Positions 43,185 to 52,724 are shown, counted from the first letter of the whole stretch. The stretch is DNA of 62,397 nucleotides, filler included, from 4 parts of 4 records of this genome joined end to end with filler, not necessarily neighbours in it, one strand, 5' to 3'. The notes: generated by a model not told the origin, from the sequence alone. Program-made: numbers and translations.

Positions 43185-44875
43185 TTTTAGACTTTAATTT
43201 TAAAGAAGATGTTAGAGCCAAATTTCAAAAAATACAGACGGTAAGACAATTTGCAGTTCTTCTAAATTTTATTGAGAAATCAAATAAGCCAGAGGATCTT
43301 AGAAAAAAAATTTCTGCAAGAGATTTGCACTTTTTGGCAATTTCAAAAGATCGAAGATATACGGGTTTTTTCATCTCTAAAAAAAATGGGGATAAAAGAA
43401 AGATAAATACGCCTGATGATTACCTTAAAAGAATTCAAAGTGTAATTAATACGCTATTGCAAATAATATTTGAGAATCACGTTCATTATAATACAAATGG
43501 CTTTTTAATAAGTAGAGATATTGTTAGAAATGCAATCCCACATGTAAACAAAAAATATTTATTAAACATTGATATTGAAAACTATTTTCCATCAATTCAG
43601 TTTCGAAGAATTAAAACTGTTTTGGGTCTTTCTCCTTTCAATCTAAAAGAATCTCGCGAGAAAATTGGATTCATCATTGCAAATATATGTTGTTATGATG
43701 GAGTTTTGCCACAAGGTGCTCCAACATCTCCGATTATATCAAATATTGTAACTCAAAAACTTGACCGAAGAATTACAAAGCTATGTAATAAAGAAAAGAT
43801 AAAATATAGTCGCTATGCTGATGATTTAAGTTTTTCATCAAATAAGGATATAAATAATAAATATTTCATAAAAAGAATATCAACCATAATCATATCGGAA
43901 AACTTTAAATTAAATGATAGTAAAACTAGACTTAAAACAAATAGAGATAGGCAACAAGTAACAGGAATAATAGTTAATCAGAAGCTCAATGTGAGCAGAA
44001 AATATATTCAAAAAACAAGAGCAATATTAAATAATTGGGAAAAGGGAGGTCCTGAATTCGCACAAGAGAAATTCAACTTACATTATTTAATCGAGGATAA
44101 GGGATTACCAGATTTCAGAAAAGTACTATCTGGATATATTAGTTTTATTGGTTTAGTACGAGGGAGAGAAGATACTTTATACAAGAAACTTATTTTAAAG
44201 TATGGATTTTTAAAAAATCAAATTAACTATGATTTCATCTCTAATTTGGATGTGAAAAATCGTTTGGTAAAGGATAATATTAATATGGAAATGTTACTTT
44301 TTGAATCACTTCATTCAGATAGGGATCGTTTCATTTTGTTTTGTACTAGGGCATTTCATCAAATTGAAAATCTAATAAATTTTCATTATTGGAATAGATT
44401 TCCTGAAATGCCTAAATTACTCCAGTTTCTAAAAGAGAATAATCCAATTTTACAAAAAAAATGGAAAAAACACACACCTAATTTTAAGGAAATTGGAATG
44501 TTAAATATTGAACTGCTTGTTTATGCTTATGAAAAAGAATTTTATTTTGATAAAAAGATTCCATACCACAAGGATATTACATTGTTAAGAGAAATTCGTA
44601 ATGATAATTCACATCGATGTGAGGTTGTTAATTACAATATTCAACAAATTCGTATTGATTATGGTAAAATCAAAGAGTTAAATAAAAAATACTTGGAAAA
44701 ACATAGGAAATTTAGACCACTCACAACGAGTGAGGAGAAAATTAAGGTAAAATATAAGGTAATTAGACTTGTGGAAGATGAAAATTATAAACGTGTAAGG
44801 AAAATTTTAAAGAAAATTGTATCTCAAATTAAAGATACTAAGTATTCTACTCACTCCACTCTTCCAATCTCATAA
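43151..44875 (+). CDS. Retron-type reverse transcriptase with C-terminal HEPN-like domain
   Basis: NAIPH (region X, aa127), DIENYFPSI, LPQGAPTSP, YADD (aa222) and VTG (aa270); the ~220-aa tail has FHQIE and RNDNSH (aa483-488). Confidence 0.88.
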   Translation: MVHTKENTPGVFLDFNFKEDVRAKFQKIQTVRQFAVLLNFIEKSNKPEDLRKKISARDLHFLAISKDRRYTGFFISKKNGDKRKINTPDDYLKRIQSVINTLLQIIFENHVHYNTNGFLISRDIVRNAIPHVNKKYLLNIDIENYFPSIQFRRIKTVLGLSPFNLKESREKIGFIIANICCYDGVLPQGAPTSPIISNIVTQKLDRRITKLCNKEKIKYSRYADDLSFSSNKDINNKYFIKRISTIIISENFKLNDSKTRLKTNRDRQQVTGIIVNQKLNVSRKYIQKTRAILNNWEKGGPEFAQEKFNLHYLIEDKGLPDFRKVLSGYISFIGLVRGREDTLYKKLILKYGFLKNQINYDFISNLDVKNRLVKDNINMEMLLFESLHSDRDRFILFCTRAFHQIENLINFHYWNRFPEMPKLLQFLKENNPILQKKWKKHTPNFKEIGMLNIELLVYAYEKEFYFDKKIPYHKDITLLREIRNDNSHRCEVVNYNIQQIRIDYGKIKELNKKYLEKHRKFRPLTTSEEKIKVKYKVIRLVEDENYKRVRKILKKIVSQIKDTKYSTHSTLPIS

Positions 44876-44960
44876 TGTATTTTTTAATTCTTATTTGTCA
44901 GTTCAATAAAATAATGCCATAGTATAATACTATCATTTAAAGACTTTCGAGAATGTGCAG

Positions 44961-45039
44961 AAAACATGAGTTTACAGAGAATCACACTCTACAATAAACT
45001 ACTTTTTAAGCGTTTATTAAGACGGATTAGCGGAGAAAC
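44961..45039. repeat. Copy 1 of an imperfect ~80-bp direct repeat
   Basis: AAAACATGAGTTTACAGAGAATCACACTCTACAATAAACTACTT...GACGGATTAGCGGAGAAAC aligns with 52542-52620 and 52677-52724. Confidence 0.85.
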
Positions 45040-45240
45040 AAGCTAATTGATCAGGTTTTAATTACCAGGGTACACCTTACAGGAAGTTGACATAGAGTAT
45101 TTATGAGGTTAAAGTTTCACTAGAATTGCAATTTTACTCAGTAATCCATAGTTCTGGTGCATCTTAGGTAAATTTATATTTATATTATTACTCCGATTTA
45201 CTCCCCACTAATTTTCAGACTTTTGGATATTCAAGCAATA

Positions 45241-45485
45241 TTATTTCCGACTTGAATTAATTTTATAATCAATTAATAACTTACCTTCAATTGCATTTAA
45301 TGATTCAAAATTCACAAAACAAGTATCATGGTACCAATCTGAATTGTAATCTACTTTAAGCCTTCCTGATATAGTATCTGATTTATAAAGAACGGTATTA
45401 ATCCATCCTTTTGATAGAACACCACTTGTTGTCAACCAGATCTACCTTTTCAACATACTCTATTCGATTTTTGAATAAGCCAATT
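45241..45485 (-). pseudogene. Possible degraded gene fragment
   Basis: 64-codon ORF with no good start; the frame continues upstream through one TAG (IGLFKNRIEYVER*IWLTTSG) up to the stop of the preceding gene. Confidence 0.3.
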
Positions 45486-45487
45486 CA

Positions 45488-47779
45488 CTAATTCCTTTCA
45501 AAAATTGCATCGATATCACTCTCTGATTTTTTTTGAGCGGAAAATAGTCCTCTATATTCACCATCATAACTATCATGATATGTTCTACTAATATACTCAT
45601 CTACTTCTTTATCGACATCTACACTTTCTACTATATCCGAATCATCAACAGATACATACTTGAATAATTCTTCATCAAGATCAGATAATATTGAATCAAG
45701 AATCGATTCGATCTCTCCTTGTATTCCTGAATAATCTATATCATAATCTACATCTCCATCGTCATTGCAGTATCCATTAATATATTGACCTATATCCGCA
45801 GAACTCTTATTATCTTCGAGCACGTCTCTTAAGAATGAATCTACCTCTTCACCTAGATTTTCAAAAAGCATTTCATCTTTAATCTTATACTCTTTTATTA
45901 GTTTCACTACCAAATTAATCTCTATTTCATCTAAAGAATTGCACTTAATATATTCGGTAACAAAAGAAAAATCCTTGATTTTAAGACAATCTTTAAACTC
46001 TAGAAGCAATTCCAAAAGTTCATATATCTTTCTCCCTTTAACATATTTATAATTTGACATTTCGTTAACCAAACTAGCTATTTTGCAGACTATGTGAGGG
46101 TTAGTGAAATTTAAGCTAGAAAGCAATATTAGATAATCCCATTCTCCCAATTTTATTTTGGCTTTGTAGAAATGTTCAAACAACTCATTTTGAATATCCT
46201 GAATTGATTGTTTTGATATTTTTTTATTTAATAGTAAGCTTCTCAGAAAAACGATAGAAGAATATGAACCAAGAGATTTTAATATGGATATAATTAATTC
46301 ATTTTCTTCTAAATAGTAGTTTAAAATAAAATCACTAATGGAGGGATTAAACATAGAGTATTCATATAAATCACCACGTATATGACTCCGATTTAACATG
46401 GATTTTATTGCCAATTTCCTAACCGTATTAAAACTACCATCAGTATGATCAATTTGAATTTTAAATTTGCTTCTATAAGTTGAATAAGCCCTTCTCAACT
46501 GTTTTTCACTTATTTGTCCTGAGTTAAAAACAGTTAAAAAGGATAATACTCTTACAGAGTCATCAATTTGATTTTGAAAATAGTTACTCCAAATATCTTC
46601 AGGATTATCAAGTTTATTAACTATATAGTTCCAATATTGATCTGGTTTAATTGCAGAAACTCGTTTATTATCCGTTATAAATTCAACAATCCTAGGATTA
46701 AAGTTTTTATGACTTATGATATTCTTGTACCTTTCTTTTTTATATATCTCGTCAATGTAATTGATATCGAGGTTTGAATGATAAATATGATTATAAAGGA
46801 TTTTTGCTTTATCTATGTCTGATAAACTTTCAATTTTTAACAAGAACTCATCTTCTCTAATATTTTTATTTTGAAATTGATGACTCAAACTAACAGCTTT
46901 TGTAAGGATGTTTGTTCTAGAAGTAAGAATGAATTTTTTTGAGTTATCATGTTTAACTCTATTAATGAATTTTACTATATGAGAATCTCGTTTTTTACTT
47001 ATAGCATCATACATGTTGCTACCTAGAAAATCATCACAATAAAATATTATTTTCTTGTTTTCTTTTTCACGAAACAATTGCTCAGCTTCACTAATAGATT
47101 CTTCAATATCACAAAACTCATATCCTTTTGCGATATAAAAAAGAGCTAAATTATTTGCTAGGGTCGTTTTTCCAATTCCTGGTTCACCTGAAATAATAAT
47201 AACATTATTATTCTTTAAAATCTCAGCTCCTTTTTTATGGTTATTTGTAATAACGTATCTCTCATTATGGGATTTAATTTCTTTTATTGTGCTTTCACTT
47301 CTGCCTTTAATGGCATTATGAAGTAAAATGTCTAATACCTGTGTACTTGTTATCCACAGTTTATAATTCTGTTCAACAATATTTTGGTTTTCTTTTTTTG
47401 AAAGAAAACTATTAATATCGCCTTCACCCCAGACATCTGACTCGGATTTAATATAGGGAGAAAATATAGTAGATATTTCTTTTTTGTTCTCTCTTGATAA
47501 TGAAATAGAACTAATAAAAATGTACCTAGCGGGCTTAAGTTTTTTTACTTTATGGACTTCCTCTTTCTTTAATTTACTAATTAAACCCCGATATCCTGTC
47601 CTCCAATAATGCTTACATTGGATAATACCTTCTTTTTTACCAATCCAAAAACGTCCATCAACTCCACCATCTTTACCCGCTTTGAATTTCTCAATTTTAA
47701 GATTCAGAACAGCTGAAATAATATCAGCAGATAGAGATTCAAACTCTCGGTCATTTAATTTAGATAAAAAGTACTCCAT
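45488..47779 (-). CDS. Mrr-like restriction endonuclease fused to STAND-type (nSTAND3-like) NTPase
   Basis: N-terminal EFE..DGGVDG..IIQCKHY; Walker A GEPGIGKTT, Walker B CDDFLG, ILTSR and FNPRIVE; very acidic C-terminus. Confidence 0.8.
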   Translation of the reverse strand: MEYFLSKLNDREFESLSADIISAVLNLKIEKFKAGKDGGVDGRFWIGKKEGIIQCKHYWRTGYRGLISKLKKEEVHKVKKLKPARYIFISSISLSRENKKEISTIFSPYIKSESDVWGEGDINSFLSKKENQNIVEQNYKLWITSTQVLDILLHNAIKGRSESTIKEIKSHNERYVITNNHKKGAEILKNNNVIIISGEPGIGKTTLANNLALFYIAKGYEFCDIEESISEAEQLFREKENKKIIFYCDDFLGSNMYDAISKKRDSHIVKFINRVKHDNSKKFILTSRTNILTKAVSLSHQFQNKNIREDEFLLKIESLSDIDKAKILYNHIYHSNLDINYIDEIYKKERYKNIISHKNFNPRIVEFITDNKRVSAIKPDQYWNYIVNKLDNPEDIWSNYFQNQIDDSVRVLSFLTVFNSGQISEKQLRRAYSTYRSKFKIQIDHTDGSFNTVRKLAIKSMLNRSHIRGDLYEYSMFNPSISDFILNYYLEENELIISILKSLGSYSSIVFLRSLLLNKKISKQSIQDIQNELFEHFYKAKIKLGEWDYLILLSSLNFTNPHIVCKIASLVNEMSNYKYVKGRKIYELLELLLEFKDCLKIKDFSFVTEYIKCNSLDEIEINLVVKLIKEYKIKDEMLFENLGEEVDSFLRDVLEDNKSSADIGQYINGYCNDDGDVDYDIDYSGIQGEIESILDSILSDLDEELFKYVSVDDSDIVESVDVDKEVDEYISRTYHDSYDGEYRGLFSAQKKSESDIDAIFERN

Positions 47780-47882
47780 TTTAATTGTATCGCAAGGTTA
47801 ATCGTTGTTTTACAAAGTGTTGCAATCTCAACAGAATGCGCATTTTTTGAACACTGCAACTAATTATTGTTTGTATTTTTAC

Positions 47883-48479
47883 TTAAATATTTGAATACAT
47901 TTCATCAAATAAAATTCTAGATTGATTATTATTTCTTAAGTTTCTCAAATAATTCTCAAAATCATTTATTATATCACTTAAAAACTTTTTAGGACTTATC
48001 TTTATATCATCACCTCCGAAATTAATACTATTGCTAAAATTATTATTAATTATAATTCTACCTTGTACCATACCATTGTGAAATAATCCACATCTTGCTT
48101 CAGAGTATAATTTTCCTAATTGGTTCCTTTCAAATCTATTAGGATATAGTCTATTCATTGCAGCCACAAAGAATCTTTTGCTGTTACCATTACTATTTCT
48201 TCCTTGTCTATATTGCTCAATTCCTTCCAAGTATGATAAACAGATCATTAAAACAACAAATCCTTTATTTCGATTTTTGTAATTGACTAAATTTAAAGCT
48301 GGATCCAAGAACCACCCTTTCACCTGCCTTTCATATATATTTATTTTGTCATTTACGTTTCTTGGGTCTAATTGTCTATTATCTCTTTCATCTAACACCT
48401 GAGCTTCGCCATTTTCATCTATCCATCCAAATATTTCTGGTGCAATATAAATTGGTTCTCTACGTAGTTTTTTAGGCAT
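47883..48479 (-). CDS. HEPN-like protein
   Basis: Helical-looking 198-aa protein with SYLEGI and an Rx4H motif (RCGLFH). Confidence 0.55.
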   Translation of the reverse strand: MPKKLRREPIYIAPEIFGWIDENGEAQVLDERDNRQLDPRNVNDKINIYERQVKGWFLDPALNLVNYKNRNKGFVVLMICLSYLEGIEQYRQGRNSNGNSKRFFVAAMNRLYPNRFERNQLGKLYSEARCGLFHNGMVQGRIIINNNFSNSINFGGDDIKISPKKFLSDIINDFENYLRNLRNNNQSRILFDEMYSNI

Positions 48480-48727
48480 ATTATAAATTCATTTTTTGGC
48501 ATTAATTTTTTAAAACACTCACGATCTTAACTTTTAATAGGAAAATTCACATTTACACCAAAAATATTTACCGTAGAGGATTACATGGTTGTTTGTATCA
48601 ATCCTGTATTGTATTAATATAAACCACAACCTCTTTAACACTTATTTGCTTTATCATTTACACACAACACCTATTGAAATTAATTTTTTTTAATAAACAT
48701 TCTATTGATTTGAGTGTAACTATTCTT

Positions 48728-49684
48728 CTACTTTTTTGTTGGAAGAATTTGAGTATAACGTGCGACCAGAGATCCATCTAGTACTTTAAATTTATATGGC
48801 TCATCTTGTGTCGGTGCTTCTCCCCAAAAGAATATATATGCATGTTTTTTCTTATCCTCTTCGTTTTTCTTAAATGCATTTATTTTATCATCAATAGCAT
48901 AATTAATTTCATTTTTAATTCTACTTACCTTATTCTTGGAAATTAGGGATTTATTGACACTAACAATAAATGGATTTATTTGTTCTGCTGGCTTATTCTT
49001 GTCTCCTTTTTCCCATCCTTCACTTTCAAACAAGGTAATTTCTAAAGTTTCTTCAGTTTCAACTATTTTACGTCTACTTGTATGCAATCGACCAAAGAAG
49101 ATTCTCTTTCCTTTATAGTTACCAGTTGATAAAGGCTTTTCTATTCTTTTAAACCAATACATATACATTTTTTGTACATCCTCAATCTCAAGTTCTATTC
49201 CTCTATTATATGGACACCGAATGTAAAAATCAACTATCGGAGAAATAGATGCTACAACTTTTGACTTGTTTAATATTTCGATAAACTCTCCTGATGATTG
49301 TTTTCTTATTCCTTCTCGACCAGTATTTTCTTCTTCCTCAACATTTAATTTGAACGTTATATCATCACCTTCTTTTTGTTTTATTTTCTTAAACTTTGTT
49401 GGGAAAGGCATATCTTCCAATTCAAATTCTGTAAGCGCCCTATTCCTAGCTTTTTCTAATAACTTCAAGTATTCACTAAACTTACAGAAATCTCTATGTC
49501 TCTCTCCTTTTAATGACTTAAAATATGGTCTATTTTTATTTATTGGTTTATATGAGCATGGTACTAATTTTAATCTACAATTCTCATCAATGCATTCAAA
49601 TTCTGATAAACCATCTTCATAAATATGCTTCAACGACTCTGCATCTATAATCTCACCTGTTCTTACCTCTCTTGCTTGATTCAT
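48728..49684 (-). CDS. Hypothetical protein with a putative N-terminal Zn-binding module
   Basis: 318-aa ORF; CIDENC...RPYF...HRDFC pattern. Confidence 0.6.
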   Translation of the reverse strand: MNQAREVRTGEIIDAESLKHIYEDGLSEFECIDENCRLKLVPCSYKPINKNRPYFKSLKGERHRDFCKFSEYLKLLEKARNRALTEFELEDMPFPTKFKKIKQKEGDDITFKLNVEEEENTGREGIRKQSSGEFIEILNKSKVVASISPIVDFYIRCPYNRGIELEIEDVQKMYMYWFKRIEKPLSTGNYKGKRIFFGRLHTSRRKIVETEETLEITLFESEGWEKGDKNKPAEQINPFIVSVNKSLISKNKVSRIKNEINYAIDDKINAFKKNEEDKKKHAYIFFWGEAPTQDEPYKFKVLDGSLVARYTQILPTKK

Positions 49685-49889
49685 TTTGGTATTTTATTCT
49701 ATTATCTTAATACACACTTAGCAATGTATTCCTAAGTAACGAATTTATGCCAACGTTAAATTCAAAGAATAGTGGCGGATTTCGTAGTTCTTTCTTGTCA
49801 GAATACTATGCAGCTAATCAAAATACAACTTCTGATATTTAACTCTTTTTACCTGTTATTTCCAATACAAAAAAACAATAGTATTTTAA

Positions 49890-50255
49890 CTATTTTCTTT
49901 CACCTTTAGGGTTTTCAACTGTAGTCCATCTCTGATATTCATTTGTAAATTTATTTCGAAAACTTCTCATTGAAGCACTATATTGACCTATAATCAGAAT
50001 CGCATCACTATTTGATGGAAGGCTCTCATCATCAAGCAAATCTAAAAATTCAATTGTTGGTTCATCTTTCAGAACTTCTTTTACCTGCTCAAGAATACGA
50101 TTAACATTTTTTACCTTAAACTTATTCAGTGGTTCATCAGGTTTTTTCTTTGAAAATTCCTTCATCTCAGTGTAAACTGAACTCACTAATTGAGATAACA
50201 TTAGAAATTTATCAACTAATGAATTCGACGGTAATTTAAGTTTTCTTTTTGCCAT
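49890..50255 (-). CDS. Hypothetical protein, paralog of 50255-50650
   Basis: Shares SKK....LN.FK.K.VN..L and P.NSD..L...QY; TAATG coupling to the upstream gene. Confidence 0.75.
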   Translation of the reverse strand: MAKRKLKLPSNSLVDKFLMLSQLVSSVYTEMKEFSKKKPDEPLNKFKVKNVNRILEQVKEVLKDEPTIEFLDLLDDESLPSNSDAILIIGQYSASMRSFRNKFTNEYQRWTTVENPKGERK

Positions 50256-50650
50256 TATTTTTTAATATTTTTTGGTGGATAAGTTTCAATTTTTGTTCCT
50301 TTCCATTTCCAAAATATTTTTGCTACACTTCCACCGGATGTATATTCAATTTTTGATGTGATATTTTCTTCTCTCAAGCTTTCCATGCAATTAATATACT
50401 GTGCAAGAACTAAGGTAACATCACTATTAGTAGGAACATCTTCTTCTTCAAATTTTTCAAAATCATCAAAGGGTCTATAACTGTCTCCTATAAGATTATT
50501 TGCTCGATTTAATACTTGGTTGACTAACTTTAACTTGAAAGTATTCAACGCATCTGTATACGATTTCTTTGATAATGTTGAAATTTCACTGTGTAAACCT
50601 TCAAGTTGATTTAATATCTTTTTAAATTCCTCAATATCTAAATTTTCCAT
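50255..50650 (-). CDS. Hypothetical protein, paralog of 49890-50255
   Basis: Same shared motifs; starts 10 bp after the nuclease-like gene. Confidence 0.75.
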   Translation of the reverse strand: MENLDIEEFKKILNQLEGLHSEISTLSKKSYTDALNTFKLKLVNQVLNRANNLIGDSYRPFDDFEKFEEEDVPTNSDVTLVLAQYINCMESLREENITSKIEYTSGGSVAKIFWKWKGTKIETYPPKNIKK

Positions 50651-50660
50651 AGTTATAAAT

Positions 50661-52034
50661 TTAAGACGGACACGCCCTTATAAACTCAATGTATTTCTTT
50701 TTTATTACCTCAATTGGATTTCGTTGTTTACTAATAAAAACTTGTGTCATAAGCTGCAAATCCGAATCATCAAGAATGAGAATACACCTTCTTTGCCCCG
50801 CCCACAAATCGATTGTGTTTTTAAATACTTTTTTTAGTGGCGGATTTCTTGTTATAAGAATTCCAAATTTTCCAAATTGATCATTTAAGTATCTATTTAA
50901 TTGAAAAATATGTTCTCTTGAAACTTCTTTTACATTTTTTAGCTCAAAAACAATTTGTTTTGAATCAAAGGTCTCATATACATCTTGTAGGAAATCTGTT
51001 GAGCTATTGTTATAAAACACTAAATCACGAATTAAAACACCAGAATCTGTACGGCTCTGTTCTGCGGCAAAGTCTAGGTGAGGATATAGTAAGGATGCTA
51101 ATAATTGACAAACAGCATCTTCATATTTCCTATCTGCATTATCTGATTTACCAGTTGGTAACTTTGTAATTATGGATATTTTCCTTTTTGCAGATGTAAT
51201 AGGTATTTGATTAAACATTGGGTCATTTTTGCAATTCTCAAATTGTCTTTCTTTAATTGCAGTATATGCCTTGACGATGTCGTAATTATGCCTATTAAAA
51301 TCTAGCAGTTTAATTTTATTAGGAAATTCATCGCCTTCCTTATGAATATTTTCAGTATAAAAATTTTTATAATAATCATCTGTATTAATCCATGGCATAA
51401 ATTTTAACCACCTTTTGGGTATTAACAAAATTGGAGTTTTTGCTATGGGGTTTACTGGCAGGTGAGTTTCTTCTTCTCCAAACCTATTAGTCTTAGGATT
51501 ATATAGATTGTTTAATTTGACTTTCTCAATAGGTATACCATATTTTTCGGATTGTTCAATTGTGAAATCAACTAAAAATGATTGGATGAAATTGCATGCA
51601 ACATCACTTATCCTGTCTTTAGAAAAATTATCCACAAGTAATTGAATTTCCTCAAAATGAATAAAACCGTTTTTATTCAAATGAGGGATTAATTTAAATT
51701 GATTTAATATATTTTGGGCTATTTTCTTACCAATTCTTTTTCCTGATTTTGTCTTTGAGTTTCCTAAACCAACTTCGTTACATTCGGATGCTCTAATAAG
51801 TAACTTTTGAGCTTCATCCTCTCTTCCCTTAGAAGTTAAATACCCAAGATGATTAAAACTATTTGTTATGAGTAGGTGTAAAGAATTGTCTTGCATTGAT
51901 GGAGATTTCCATAAAAGAAATGGATCTACATATAAAGGGATATCTTCATCAACAAATGGAATTGCAAAGTCAACTTCCTCCTGTGTAATTGGGATGTTAT
52001 GAAAATCGTTTAATCTTGGTCTAATTATGCTCAT
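50661..52034 (-). CDS. Hypothetical protein with a C-terminal PD-(D/E)XK-like nuclease domain
   Basis: YED...RDLVFYN...IVFELKN...QLNRYL pattern; N-terminal DIPLYVDPFLL domain. Confidence 0.65.
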   Translation of the reverse strand: MSIIRPRLNDFHNIPITQEEVDFAIPFVDEDIPLYVDPFLLWKSPSMQDNSLHLLITNSFNHLGYLTSKGREDEAQKLLIRASECNEVGLGNSKTKSGKRIGKKIAQNILNQFKLIPHLNKNGFIHFEEIQLLVDNFSKDRISDVACNFIQSFLVDFTIEQSEKYGIPIEKVKLNNLYNPKTNRFGEEETHLPVNPIAKTPILLIPKRWLKFMPWINTDDYYKNFYTENIHKEGDEFPNKIKLLDFNRHNYDIVKAYTAIKERQFENCKNDPMFNQIPITSAKRKISIITKLPTGKSDNADRKYEDAVCQLLASLLYPHLDFAAEQSRTDSGVLIRDLVFYNNSSTDFLQDVYETFDSKQIVFELKNVKEVSREHIFQLNRYLNDQFGKFGILITRNPPLKKVFKNTIDLWAGQRRCILILDDSDLQLMTQVFISKQRNPIEVIKKKYIEFIRACPS

Positions 52035-52485
52035 TCTTCATTTAAATTCTGAGTAACTTTATTACAAAAACCATTTGATTGATACCTATCTAATGTCTTT
52101 TCTTATTTAAGGCAGTATAATACATTGGTAAAACAACTGATCACTTTTATTATACTATAACAAATAAGATCTATAAAATTAACAGTTTGACTACGAATTA
52201 TATTAAGATCATAATATAATTGCCTGACTATTAGGCAATATTAATTAAGACTAAATTAAGTGTTATTGCATAGGTAAGTAATTCATTGTTAGTATAGCTT
52301 GAGTAAAAGAATATCTATACCTACTTATTTTTTCAATTTACATATCTAAAATCAATTTGTTTGATGTTGTTATCACCCCGACATTTAGAGATATTTTCGG
52401 CTTTTGGTGTAAATTGTATTGAAAATTCATCCTAAAAAAGTCGGTTTTATACTATCGTAGAATGTGTTAATGTGAATTTTAAGAT

Positions 52486-52724
52486 GGATAAATAAGGAAT
52501 ATGAAGTAATATTCCACTGGTAAAAACATTCTTATCCCATTAAAACATAGGGTTTACAGATAATCACACTCTGCCATAAGCTACTTATTAAACGTTTATA
52601 AGACGGATAAACGGATAAACGGATAAATAGGATATTTAAAGTAGTATTTCAACGGTAAAAACTCTCTTATATCCTTAAAACAATGGATTTGCAAATAATC
52701 ACACCCTACTATAAGCTACTTACT
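52486..52724. repeat. Tandem imperfect 135-bp repeat (second unit cut by the contig end) containing (ACGGATAA)x3
   Basis: GGATAAATA at 52486 and 52621 and AAAACA at 52542 and 52677 are both offset by 135 bp; ACGGATAA at 52603, 52611 and 52619. Confidence 0.85.

Noticed and set aside
42898-44875. Group II intron, DGR or DRT2-type interpretation of the RT
   Set aside because: No maturase/HNH tail, intron domain V or TR/VR pair seen; NAxxH, VTG and a1/a2 arms with an unpaired G fit a retron better. Only a phylogeny can formally exclude a DRT clade.
52486-52724. CRISPR array interpretation of the repeats
   Set aside because: Units are 135 bp and similar along their whole length, with no unique spacers and no cas genes.
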